DNA from: Octopus sinensis
Lineage: Eukaryota
DNA length: 64,000 nucleotides
Assembly: GCF_006345805.1 (NCBI RefSeq)
Contig: NC_042998.1
Coordinates: 117,676,001 to 117,740,000, forward strand
Direction: 5' to 3'
Shown here: positions 50,766 to 62,980 of the stretch, in pieces
Position numbering within the stretch: position 1 is the first letter of the stretch
How the letters are laid out: each line of letters opens with the position of its first letter
Notes under the pieces: generated by a model
Database searches by the model: none
Told to the model about the DNA's origin: nothing
Seen by the model: only the letters and a program-made list of their open reading frames with translations
Program-made: the position numbers and the translations under genes

Positions 50766-52444
50766 TACAATATTCAGTATCAGTTTTCCGTTTAATTTTT
50801 TCTAACACCAACAAATAGTTGTTGAAGAGAAACTTCAAAATATTTCTGCGAATCTCGGCTCGAAATGCGTCCTACTGGAGATTCACATTAATTTCAATTA
50901 TGTAAAAGCTTGAAATGGGAAATGTATTTTATTCACTTTGCCAGCACATGTACATTCCATCTGCTCCCACTTTGATTGTGCGGGTTACGATTCAATAGAT
51001 TTTTATTTTTCATAGATATGGATAAAATTGCTAGGATTTACTTAATTCTCTCCTTATTAATTTTTATTATATTCCACTGGGTTCTTGGTCTAGCAAATGA
51101 GTTTTAAATTTACTAGTAATGTATAATTTATAGTTAGTTATTCATAATTAGCCTAAACGACTTTTCATCTCATGAGATGGCATTAGGAGAAAGGATATCA
51201 AATAGGGATTAATTGCGTTGAACTTTACAACAGATGTTCTACAAAAGTTTGATGTAGGGGGAAAATCCAACAATATTTCAAAAAGAAACAATTAAAGAAG
51301 ATAATCAAGAAGTGAAACGTTACATTACAATAAATATAAAAACAGCCCAAGTCTCTTCAAGTGAGTATTCCATTACACCATTGTGCATTGCGTTTTCCTA
51401 GGTTTGAAATGAAGCTTAAAATGGAACTCCTCTTGGGATTATACGCTGCCACGATCTAATTGGAGGTAACGTAACGATAAACCTACTGCTCAGTCAAACA
51501 AAAGTTCACTGTTTCAATGTAGATTTGCAGAAAGTAGAAGGTGCAGCTTCTTATGCTAATGCTTTTTCTAAATAATATTGTTTCGGCTAAATGGGATAAA
51601 TGGAATCTTATTTTTTCTCTTTCTAAAGTTACTGACGGTGTTTGCAGCGCCAATAGCAAATATGCTGCTATTACTTACCTTGAATAAGTAAAGAAAAATT
51701 GTTCCTGAAGGAATCTATACATTAAACCAAGGTACAAGTTGTTGATACTAGGAATTTCTGGCTGCCCATATTGATGACTCTGTTATTCCTAGTGAAAAAA
51801 GGAAGATCAATCAGAATTCAAAGATCAAAAAAGAGTCTTATTTTTTTGCTAAAATGCAATTCTGCAGGCGACATAAATTTACGTTTTTCGATTATGTACC
51901 ACACGCAAGAATATAGGCTTACAAGAGTCATTTTCAATTTAAGCTTTCTGTTTTTTTGGCATTGACATAAGAGAATTTAGATGTCGATGAGTCTTCCTAA
52001 TACAGATTCACAAGTTTTTATATGAATAGCTACACGAGGTTTATCGGTTGAGGCCAAATATTTTCAGCTTCCTTGTACTGCTGAAGCCAAAGTAAAGTTA
52101 AATATATACTTTTAATTATATGGGACTCGACAATGTAGCTCCATGTACCTGAATCATTTTCTCCTGTCAAAGAATCGTGAAGTGGTAATTCAATTACCGG
52201 CTTTCTATCTAAGAAGTTTGAAATAAACTCAGGCCTTCTGTGAAAGTCTTCCAATTTCAAAATTATCGAAACAGATGCTGATAAAGTAGTGTCTTAAGTA
52301 GGAGGTGAAACTATCAGTGAATACGCCCAACATTTCCTTTGGATACTGTGAAAGAGGACAGAAAGAGGTTGGATCAGGACTTAACCATGGGTTTGTGGGT
52401 TGTTTGTGGTTGCAGAGACGCGCTGTTCTACCGCATAAGGCCAT

Positions 52445-52585
52445 ATTACTAAAACTACTACTGCTACTACTACTACTACCAATACTATTACTACTACAAC
52501 TAATACTGCTCCTCCTACCACTATTATTGCTGCTGGTATTGCTACTACAACAACTACTACTACTACTACAAATACTATTAATCTA
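52445..52585. repeat. Degenerate (CTA)n trinucleotide repeat
   Basis: Direct reading; source of the poly-Leu ORF 52305-52586. Confidence 0.9.
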
Positions 52586-52711
52586 ACAACAGGTGATGAA
52601 ATTTAGTGAGATATAGAGTAAATTACAAATGTGCGTGAGTGTACACACGCATACATATATACACGCACACATATGTGCGGCGTGTATATATACATTATAT
52701 ACATATATATG

Positions 52712-52743
<32 letters not shown>

Positions 52744-53139
52744 CATACACACACGCTCACTCTGACTCACACACACACTTACATATACACACACACTCGT
52801 ATATATATATTGGATCTTAACGAATACAGTTATTAGACATAATTTGAACAAATAATAACTTAATTCCATAAGGACTAAATGATGAACATGGCGATTATAC
52901 GAAGTCATTTTTCATAGCAAAGCAATTAAGTATATGGACATATAATAAAGAATCATTGAATTCAATTTCTGGTTGTCTAGATTGTAAGCCGTATATTATT
53001 ATTTCAGCGAACAGAGTTTGCACGTATCATAAACATGGCAGTTCTATACATTAAACCTATTACCCTGAGTCACATTAGTGCCTTCTGAAAAGCATAATGC
53101 GTGCAGCTAATCATGCACAATCACGCATTTTTATGTATG

Positions 53140-53238
53140 AGTATATACATATAAATGTGTGTGTATGTGTAAATATATGTGTATGTATATATATATATAT
53201 ATTATATATATATATATATATATACATACATACATACA

Positions 53239-53274
<36 letters not shown>

Positions 53275-53325
53275 CATATATACATATAAGCATATATATT
53301 TATACATAAATATATAGATATATAT
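53140..53325. repeat. (TG)n/(TA)n/(TACA)n microsatellite
   Basis: Direct reading. Confidence 0.95.
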
Positions 53326-53329
53326 GCCA

Positions 53330-53915
53330 TAGTATTGTAGGTTCTGTTGGGCACCGCCTGTGAGAAAAAGAGCGCCATGACACAATTCACTCTGCCAGAA
53401 ATTTGGAAACGACATGCTGTACGAACATTTCAGAGTGTGTGGGTATTAAACTGTGGACAATGCAGGGGATTTGGGTGTGTTCCATGAGTCTAAAGGTGAT
53501 TACGAAGTACGGCAGCTTGGAAGATTTACTGTGATCGTTCTGGTAAGGAAAGAACTCCTGAATTTGTTGGTGAGATCCAGGCCATGATTGACAGCGATCC
53601 CTCCAGGTCAATTAGATCCATCTCCAGTGACATGGTGTGTTTGAGTTTCTTACCAGGCATGTAGTATATGAAAACATTCGGCCTTCGTCACACAAGATGA
53701 GAAAGGACCGATTTTTATCCCAAGCCATGAAAGAAAAGAAGAAAGGCCAGGCTACGAATCTTTTGAATAACCTCAAGCATCGCCTACAGCCGAACATGCT
53801 TTAGGTTTTCTCAGACGAGAATGATTTCTGCCAGGGTCAGATGGTGAGCGCATAGAACAACCGTTGGCTTGCCGTGTCCCCAAAACATGTACCGAGAGTA
53901 ATAACAATCAAATAT
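53330..53915 (+). mobile_element. 5' half of a Tc1/mariner transposase (maT/DD37D-like), decayed
   Basis: RTPEFVGEIQAMIDSDPSRSIRSISSDM (HTH), FLSQAMKEKKK..LLNNLKHRLQPNML*VFSDENDFCQ..NNRWLAVSP. Subfamily is inferred; only the first catalytic D is present. Confidence 0.75.
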
Positions 53916-54558
53916 ACAGTTCTATTAGATATCTTCTCGTTACTCCTACACGCATATGAATGTACTTTTGCACAGTGCAGTGATAATGAATTTTGAGTAA
54001 CGGTTAACTTACTCAAATTTAATTTACTTTAAGTATGGATGACTTAATTTTACTTTTAACCACCCCATCCTTATAAACACCAAGTAAATAACTAACTCGC
54101 TTTTTTATCACGAGTGCACCAAACCTCGTGTGCGTGTATGCTCACATTTTTGCTGATGCTTGTATCTGCGTGTGTACTCGTGGCATGCAACTTGCCCGAG
54201 GGCGTTTATACATCCATATGTGTTAACGGTTATTTTCAATACTTTTCTGGCTGGATTACATGTTCCTTTCTCTCTTTGTCATCTGCAATTTTATGTTTGT
54301 TATTCTATATTTATGAAAATTTTTCCTCCATCTGGGTGATATTCTCTCTACGAAACGGAAATTTACATTGTGTAACAGTCATTTTAACGATTTGTTTTTT
54401 ATTTATTTATCACCCGTCAAGACAGATCCGCACCACCGGATGCTCATGAACCAGTTTTTGAGTGTCTCACCCAGGAGGAATCGATACTAGATGTGTGGAA
54501 ACAATTGTTGTGATTAATAATAAATTCTCGCATATTGAACCTTCTGTCTTTCATTTGT

Positions 54559-54611
<53 letters not shown>

Positions 54612-54615
<4 letters not shown>

Positions 54616-54742
54616 TGGCCTGCTCGCGTAGCCTGCGGTGTGGCGTCATTTGAAGGCAAAAGCAGTGCGAAGCGCATTGTGACCATTGATATGTAGCAAC
54701 ATTTGATAGCCTGTCGGTTACGGTGATCACGGTGGTATATAT
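54612..54742 (-). mobile_element. Short interspersed repeat fragment (probable SINE body)
   Basis: Minus strand CACCGTGATCACCGTAACCGACAGGCTATCAAATGTTGCTAC..GGTCACAATGCGCTTCGC..CCTTCAAATGACGCCAC, recognised as an abundant octopus repeat (recognition only). Abuts (TA)n. Confidence 0.5.
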
Positions 54743-55339
54743 ATACACACGAGTAATACATGAATGCAAACAGGGTGAAAATATATTACTCGAATACCCA
54801 AGGTAGAGTACTATGCTTTGTTTTATTAAATCTGCAAAACGTCACAAAATATTTATAACAATAGCTGCCAATTTTGTTGGTCACTTCTCCATTACATACT
54901 AATCGTTGATAGACTTCAGCCACAACCCTACTGTATTCTTGGGATATTATTTTGTTTTTGAAATTATATTTCACTTGATAATTACGGTTTTTGCAATGAA
55001 TTAATGTTCTAATTCTTCTATTTTTAAAAAAATGCCTAAGAAACAGTTGTAATGCGCTAACATTTCTCCATCGTCTGTTATTCATTTGATTATGTTAGAC
55101 CATAGGGATTTGCAACACGTCCTACAGCCTGGAGAGTATCAACAACATACAATGAACGTAACGCTTGCTTTGGACTAGCCCCTAGTTGCTAAATACTCAT
55201 AGGGTTGGTTTTCTCTCTGTAGACAGCCGGAATATCCTATTCCATATTTATCAGTCATAGGTGGTGACAACAGGGTTACCCAACCCTACATGATGCTTAC
55301 ATTTCAATAACCTGATTCTATCTGAATCCCTATTATCGT

Positions 55340-55920
55340 GTACATTAAAACATATTAAGAGGCTTCTATCATAGGAAGGCTAGAAAGAGCAGTTAAAAAT
55401 TAAAACCAATAGATAAAATCTCGAAGGGAATGGAATTTAAAAACATTTACCATCTAATTTAATTCCTAGACCATGGTTTCTAACTTATTTCTGTAAAAAA
55501 ACGGTTTACTGAGGCCGTCTTCATCAGTGGGTAGCCTTAGATTTAAAATATACACACAACGAGATCGATTCCGCATGTAAACTCATTGTTTGTATATTCT
55601 CACTTTTAAAATTCACTGCGCAATCGCAGTCTATTTTCGGCAACAGAGAGGATGCCGGTAAAACTTCGAACAAATTTAGCAAAAATCATTTAAACGTAAC
55701 AAATAATATTAGAGTAATAAGAATTATAGATTGTTTTTATTATCAATGGCCTAGCACAAAAAACAAATTAGTAAATAGACTATATATTCTTCATATAAAA
55801 TATCATGTACATTAAAACCCATTAAGAGGCTTCCATCATAGGAGAGCCTTGTGCTAGAAAGAACAGTTAAAAATTCAAACCACTAATCAGGGATAAATTC
55901 TGGAAGGGAATGAAGGGAAC
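55340..55920. repeat. Partial tandem duplication (467-bp period) containing a decayed hammerhead on the minus strand
   Basis: GTACATTAAAACATATTAAGAGGCTTCTATCATAGG..GAAGGGAATG at 55340 recurs at 55807. Minus strand 55463-55535 reads CTGATGA-AGACGG..CCGTT..GAAA-CCATGG-TC-TAGG. Confidence 0.65.
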
Positions 55921-56746
55921 GGTAATAAAAAAATTGTCGCGTTTTACTATATTGTCTATTCGTTACATGGGATTTCTATCGGCAGATTAAATGTTCCCAT
56001 GTTCTTCAATAACAAGGCCAGCATATATTTCCCAAAATATTTTATTTTTTGTTTCTCCCTGCAGGCAAAGACATGACAGTTATGACCTCAGTGACAAGTA
56101 CACAGTACTGACAGATTTTTCTAGAAATTAGTGTCCTGTTTTGTGCGTAATTGTTATGCGGTTTTTGTTGTGCCTTTGTATCAAAGAAAATTTACACACT
56201 AACGCACACACAGTCATACACAGGTATACACACAGTTATACAGACATACACGCATGCAGGTATAAACGCACAAACGCACATACATACACACCCATATATA
56301 TATATATATATATACGTAAATGTTGTGTGTCTGTTTATTTGGGCGAGTGAATATATATATACATAAGTAATGTATATACGTTTATATGTATTTGCTTATG
56401 CATCCGCCGATGAAATGAACACATGAACTATGATCTATCCTATGTCCATGGTTACTATGGAATATACTGTAATCACTTCAGGATTAATGACTATGATCGT
56501 AATAACCTTGTCATGTGTGGTAAGACGCATGGCGATACATTAAAACATTTATAGATTCCAGCTGTGGATTATTATTGCTATTACTATAACTATCCTAAAT
56601 TATATCGACATAGCCCAGTACTACGTCATAAAACTATTTCGTAAAACTTCAGTACAACTCCACAGGACTTTCAAATCTCTAACACTAAGTTCTACTCGAT
56701 ATAATGACAGGAGCTCAAAAATGTTTCCTTTAAACCAATTTAAAAG

Positions 56747-56797
<51 letters not shown>

Positions 56798-57469
56798 ACG
56801 TGCATTGGATTATTTCCTTCAATAGAATACATGCAATATAATAGCGAATTTGTAACTAGGCTTATAACACAGGTAAAATTCTTCTGCTGGAATGTATCCT
56901 ACAACGACGTATGTATCAAGCTACACAGTGAGCGACAGGGCAAAATATGTTTATAAACAACTGATTAGATATAGAAAATTAAATTTGAGTATTATTTTGA
57001 AGTTTGCAATTCCTTACTCCTTAATTATTTGTTCACGGTGATGACAAAATAGTGAAACATAATCGCGTGTGTAAAAATGAGCAATATGTTAACGTTTTCT
57101 TTACTGCACGCCAAGACATTGAAAACAAGAAAACGAAAACTTGATGAAATTTAGTTGCGATAATTTTGTTGAAATATGCAACGACCTTTCATCTTAAGGA
57201 AAATCCTCACTATAAGAATTCAAATTTTCCCAACCACTTTGAAGACTATGACAGTTCCTCCAACTTTTTCTCAAATATGTTTACTACACTTCATATCGCG
57301 TTCGAAAAATGTGGATGTGATATATACAATGCCATTTTAAGACATTATAATTCAAGTAATATACATGTTGTAGAAAATGTGCACATAAAAGCGTGCGCGC
57401 ACTCTCACAAACATGTAGAGGCAAATAAGTACACTCATAGAAGCGCATACATTTGTTTTATTTGTATGC

Positions 57470-57500
<31 letters not shown>

Positions 57501-58280
57501 ATCACATATAAATGTTGAAGATGCACATAGATAGATGTATAGGTGTGTTGACATATTGATATAAGATAATGGAGATATATAGATACATACTTTAGTATAT
57601 ATATGCACAGATATTACAGATGCACAGATATACGGAAGAAATTAAATTTCTAATGTCGGGGCCCCACTGTTATAGATCAGAGACCAGATTCACAATGGTA
57701 ATACTTCTCTCAGAGTCAATCACATACTGTGATATTCTTTTTGAACGTAAATGACGAAGTGAGATACAAGAAAATACAAGACACGACCCTAATATATGTA
57801 TATCAATTTAAACCTCAAACTACATACTGGTATAATATAAGAAAAAACCGAAATACCTTTGTCCCAGGCTATATTCCGATATTCGATAAGGCATAAAATC
57901 AGAGATATTACGAAAAGTAAATTGAATTTCATTCGTACAAAAGATCTGCTGGATATTCCCCGTTGAATTCGCTTCATCTTCAAATTGTAAAATTAAAAGA
58001 AGAAAAAAGTTTGGAATCTTAACTATAAAGTGAGCTGCAGTAAGTTGTTCGTTTATAGCTTCTTTTTTGTCATCAATCAATTACAAATTATTACAACAAT
58101 CGTATACGTTACATTTTATTACAACTTAATGTAAAGAAATATTAGATCTTTTTTTAAGTCTTCATTTTTATTTTTTCAAAGACATTCTGAAAAGGAAATG
58201 TCATGAGACGGAACTTACCTTGAAGCTATATTATATATATGCGTGTGTATATGTGTGTGCACGCATTATGCGCTTGTGTG

Positions 58281-58325
<45 letters not shown>

Positions 58326-58429
58326 TTATACATACACATATATATACCCATATATATATATATATATTTACATACTTTTGTATTTCAGACAGTAATTAAG
58401 TGATCAAAAAGACTGAATACCAACTGCAT

Positions 58430-59290
58430 GCATTTATTCATCAAAATATATCTGGACATATTTTCCTGTCTGTTTCCATCATTGTGCCAGATGCTCCGTT
58501 CGACGATTGCATGAATTGGCTTGGTTAGAAGCAAAACGTTCCTTGCATTTCAATCTCATCTTCAGTCTTGAACCTTCACCTGTGCAGGTGAAAATCTGTG
58601 GCTGAAATATGTGGTGAGTTGATGGAACGATGTTCGGGGCTGTGTGCAGGGTAAGGGAACGTTTCCAACCTGTCAATTTCTTCAGGTTTACGTCTGGTTA
58701 CAGTGGCAGTGTGTGTGCTTTTATTGTCATGCTGTAGGAGTGTGTGTCTTCGATTGGTCCATGCCGACTATCGGACTTATTAAGCATCATAACCTCGGTG
58801 AGTTTCTTGACCATAAATTCGTATGGTGCATATTCGTATTGCTACACTTCGAAATACCCGCAAATACAAAATATAAAATTCTGTCATACGGCTTTGTGTT
58901 TTCTGTTTTGTGTTAATTTATTGTTTGTTTTTAACACAGTCTAGCCATTGATATAATGGCTATAAATGTAGATGCAGATTTCTCTGATTAGGATTTCAAA
59001 AATAGCTTCATTTCTCATCTCCAGTTACAACTCGATTCCCAAAATAGTCATCTCGATGATTTACTAGCAGTTTTCTGCAAATGGCCACCCGTCGTTGAAC
59101 ATCTGCTTTGGTTAATTCATGAACAATGTTGAAGTGCAAAACATTCCCCATAATATAAACATTATATAGGCACGCGTCTCTTACATACAAGCCACACAGA
59201 CTCATAAAACGGTAATCCATGTCATTTTTAAGCCACAATATCGCCATCTCAACTTTCGAACTAAACTTAACCTCAATCTATGAACAAATG
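58430..59290 (-). mobile_element. Decayed mariner transposase fragments
   Basis: VHELTKADVQRRVAICRKLL..NRVVTGDEK (59008-59140) and LLQHDNKSTHTA..RLETFPYPAHSP..RFKTEDEIE (58550-58740). Confidence 0.75.
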
Positions 59291-59291
59291 T

Positions 59292-59653
59292 ACCACAAAA
59301 TATATGAAACCCTTTGCATGCTTTCTATTTTACCTATGATTTTGTGCCAACTACTAATACAAAGTAAATTCACCATCAACGTAGGAAATGCTGCAATGTA
59401 CGGGATAGTAATCTATCTTTTAAGCCTATGTAGATTACAAAATTAACTATTGCGGAACCTGCAATTTATTTTACCACAAAATATATGAAACCCTTTGCAT
59501 GCTTTCTATTTTACCTATGGTTTTGTGCCAACTACTAATACAAAATAAATTCACCATCAACGTATGAAATGCTACAATGTACGGGATAGTAACCTATCTT
59601 TTAAGCCTATGTAGATTACAAAATTAACTATTGCGGAACCTGCAATTTATTTT
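59292..59653. repeat. Head-to-tail tandem duplication, 2 x 181 bp
   Basis: 59292-59472 and 59473-59653 differ at 5 positions. Confidence 0.95.
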
Positions 59654-60444
59654 ACGGAGTTGTACATATTTCTCATAGTTCCATAGCATATACATCAGCT
59701 AAAGACGAAGATAACATCCTATAATTCTCGAGACATTGCTGCAGAAATACTCCGGCGTTATTTAGATAGAATAGGAACTGGGTCCCACAAAGAACGTATT
59801 TACACTGGTGTCTATGAAAACCAATTTTGAATCTTGGAAGTAACAAAGCAGACGCATCAGAGGAAACAATCACAATAAAAACAGAATACGACCACAAACA
59901 TCACATTACTATGAGAATTACGGAAATGCTACATCATAATCATCACATAAAAAAAAACATATTTGCAAAGTTATTTATGGTAATTATATGTTCTATACTT
60001 GGCTAACAAAAAAGACACAGCAACGACGGTGCATGAATAATATCTTTGAGGTTTAACATGGGCACAACTTAACCTGATTTGGCATTTCATCTAAGCATAA
60101 TAAAACGCCAAGATCTAGAAATACGAAATGAGTCAAACAACAAATACATGCAAACAAAGTAAATTAGTTATTTGGAAATGTGAGATACATGAATATGTAC
60201 AGTGTCTTATTTTGCACTTAAAAGTGCATCCCAAATAACAGATATTCCTGCTGAGCCCACAAAATAACTACTACAAACAGTAAAAATTCGAATTAGTTTA
60301 GACAAAGGGAACGTATTATTAAACAGAGGAATATATGCAGAAGTACAAATCCCATGCCATCCTGAGAACAACGTGACCGCTTCTGGCCAACTGTACAATT
60401 TCTGATTTACAATCATAGTAGTAAACATAGATATATCTGTACGT

Positions 60445-60449
60445 GTGTG

Positions 60450-60488
<39 letters not shown>

Positions 60489-60611
60489 GTACGCACGCAC
60501 GTGTTTATCTATCTATTTATCTCTATACATTTTTATACAAACAGATATATACATATATGTATATATATATGTATATACATATATATACGTATATACGTAT
60601 ATATATATATA

Positions 60612-60668
<57 letters not shown>

Positions 60669-60680
60669 GTATATATAAAG
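60445..60680. repeat. (TA)n-rich microsatellite
   Basis: Direct reading. Confidence 0.95.
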
Positions 60681-61061
60681 TATGCAATTATAGAAATATG
60701 ATTCTAATTAAGGGCTCACTAGAAATAAATGTCAAATACCAAAAATCCACATCAAATTTAATACACAAGACCGAATGTGAGGAAATGAGCAAGAAGATTT
60801 ACACATTTCGGATAATCCTCTATCTTAAGATTTCGTGCTCTGTATTGATGATTACAATGGTCTGGACACCTCAGTAGCGATAAACGTATAATATATAAGC
60901 AAAATATACATATATACACTGAGTAATGTTTGCGTACATATACCAATATATACATGCATCTTCCGCGTGTATATTACATCTAATCACCCATCTTTGCTAT
61001 GTTATTAATGTCAGAAATCATACGGGGTAAATACAGTACGCAGTATGATATAATAATTATT

Positions 61062-61505
61062 TATACTTATAAATTGGGGATATTATCATTAATATGATTT
61101 TATCATTAACATGATTATATCAATGGCTAGCGTATAAAAAATGATCATATCGGTAAAAAATACTTTTTAAGCATGTAAATATAAAAATATAATTATAATT
61201 AAGGGCACTGGAAGACCAGCTTCTATACGCGAGAAGTAGATGTCAAATACCTATAATCTCTATTTATAATCGAAGGTCGAATGGTTTATATATAGAGAAC
61301 AAATTGAGAGTGGATTGCAGATATTTGATATCTATGTCTACGGTATAGGCGCTGACATTCCACTGTCCTGAAGTTATTTATAATCATATTTGTTATAATT
61401 ATATACTTATAATTATGTACTTAAAAATTAATTTTAACGATATGTTGTTTTTCTATACGTGAGTCACTGATATTATCATGTTAATGATTATATCCTAAAT
61501 TATAA

Positions 61506-61510
<5 letters not shown>
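61062..61510. mobile_element. AT-rich foldback/MITE with ~190-bp diverged inverted arms
   Basis: TATACTTATAAATTGGGGATATTATCATT..AAGGGCACTGGAAGACCAGC..TAGATGTCAAATA pairs with TATTTGATATCTATG..GCTGACATTCCACTGTCC..ATGATTATATCCTAAATTTATAAGTATA. Confidence 0.75.
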
Positions 61511-61555
<45 letters not shown>

Positions 61556-61599
61556 GTGCATATATATATATGTATATTATATATGTACGTATATATATG

Positions 61600-62210
61600 A
61601 GGAAAGAAATATGAAGATAAAACACGTAAGATGTGTTTAACAAGACTAAATGATATATTTAAGTTGTCATGGCAAATGTATTGTAGAACATTATACAGAT
61701 AATATTTTTCCTCTAATAAAGTGGCCGGTTTCGCTGAAGCTTTTCAATTTTGCATGTTAGATGTAATTCGAAATGAGAATTTTTTTGTTACTGGCGGATA
61801 ATTGGTAACCAAAATATTTTTTACTAAAAGGAGAAATCTGTAATCATGAATGAGTTTATATTAAGTTCTGGCTTATAATTTGCGATGAATGAGACCTCTG
61901 ACTTTAGATGAACTTGTGCCGAGTTAAAAATAGCACATTGATATAATGGTAAGATTAGGAATTATGGTTGAAATTGTTCTGCACATCTGTCAATGTGCTC
62001 ACTGAGATGTATTTGACGGTATTGCGGGGAAGAGATGTGTTGGCTGTGAACTACGTCCAAGGAACATTCATGTGGGACCTATATAGTATTTATGATAGGC
62101 CAAGCATCTTAGGACATAAATGAGGCTTTCAGAGGTGCAAGTGAAATTAGATTTAATTTTGAATTTTTGCCCTTGTTTAAAATAGAATTCTGATCCTTCT
62201 GGAAATCCAC
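61600..62210 (-). mobile_element. Older copy of the 41-43 kb PLE family: GIY-YIG end, 3'UTR and decayed hammerhead
   Basis: EGSEFYFKQGQKFKIKSNFTCTSESLIYVLRC..YYIGPT..LSEHIDRCAEQ..FLILPLYQC..NYKPELN aligns to the 41384 ORF. TTGAAAA-GC(TTCA)GC-GAAA-CCGG-CC at ~61718-61750. Confidence 0.85.
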
Positions 62211-62699
62211 AAAAGCCAGATTATGAATGAAGCCATTAAATGTTAACAAACAAGCGTTAACACAAAAGAAACATCTAAAACCTATGCATATTTCGGAAAC
62301 TGCAATTACAGATTTACAGATTTACCATTGTGGTTGGGGTTAGGATCATCTCTATGCTGAAGTGATTCATGTGGTCCATAGCTTTCGAGAAGACCAGAGG
62401 TGATATCGTTATTAATATTAATATTACGATTATTACATAACACCGCACTTCCCAAAACAGCTGCAGAGTTAAAAGGTTTTGTATTTCCTTCCTATTATTC
62501 TGTAAGTTTATGTATGTATTTGTGTGGCGTCTGATTTTGTTTATCTGCATTAATATATCCAGCTCGTCGTGGATTTCTCTTCTAGCCACACTTAACGCTG
62601 CACAGCTGAGCCTGGACAATGAATTCTAGTATAAGTTCAAATTCATTTGAGCATTACTACGTGATTTGTATCTTGCTGGAGCATATATAACCCTTACCC

Positions 62700-62853
62700 A
62701 CTATGTATATACACACATACACACACACATATATATATATATATATATGTAAATATATATGTGTGTGCGTGTGTTTTTGCTTGTATATATATGTACGTAT
62801 GTATGTACGTACGTATGTATTTTGTAGGTATGTACGCATATATGTATGTGAGT

Positions 62854-62938
<85 letters not shown>

Positions 62939-62980
62939 ATATGTACGTATGTATTTATGTATGTATCTATGTGTATATAT
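62700..62980. repeat. Compound (CA)n/(TA)n/(TATG)n microsatellite
   Basis: Direct reading. Confidence 0.95.

Noticed and set aside
51679-51788. Minus-strand exon-like segment with good acceptor (TTTTTTCACTAG) and donor (AAG|GTAAGT)
   Set aside because: Stops in all three frames; such signals arise by chance in AT-rich DNA. Could only be a non-coding exon and cannot be supported without RNA data.
52305-52586. ORF with a Leu-rich, signal- or TM-like tail
   Set aside because: The tail is a degenerate (CTA)n repeat; no recognisable domain.
60207-60500. ORF containing YSWPEAVTL, reminiscent of a C-type lectin start
   Set aside because: Lacks the conserved cysteines and downstream motifs, and begins in a microsatellite.
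62314-62619. ORF with LVFSKAMDHMNH resembling the CR1/L2 RT motif DFSKAFD.V.H
   Set aside because: Catalytic D absent and spacing off; suggestive only.
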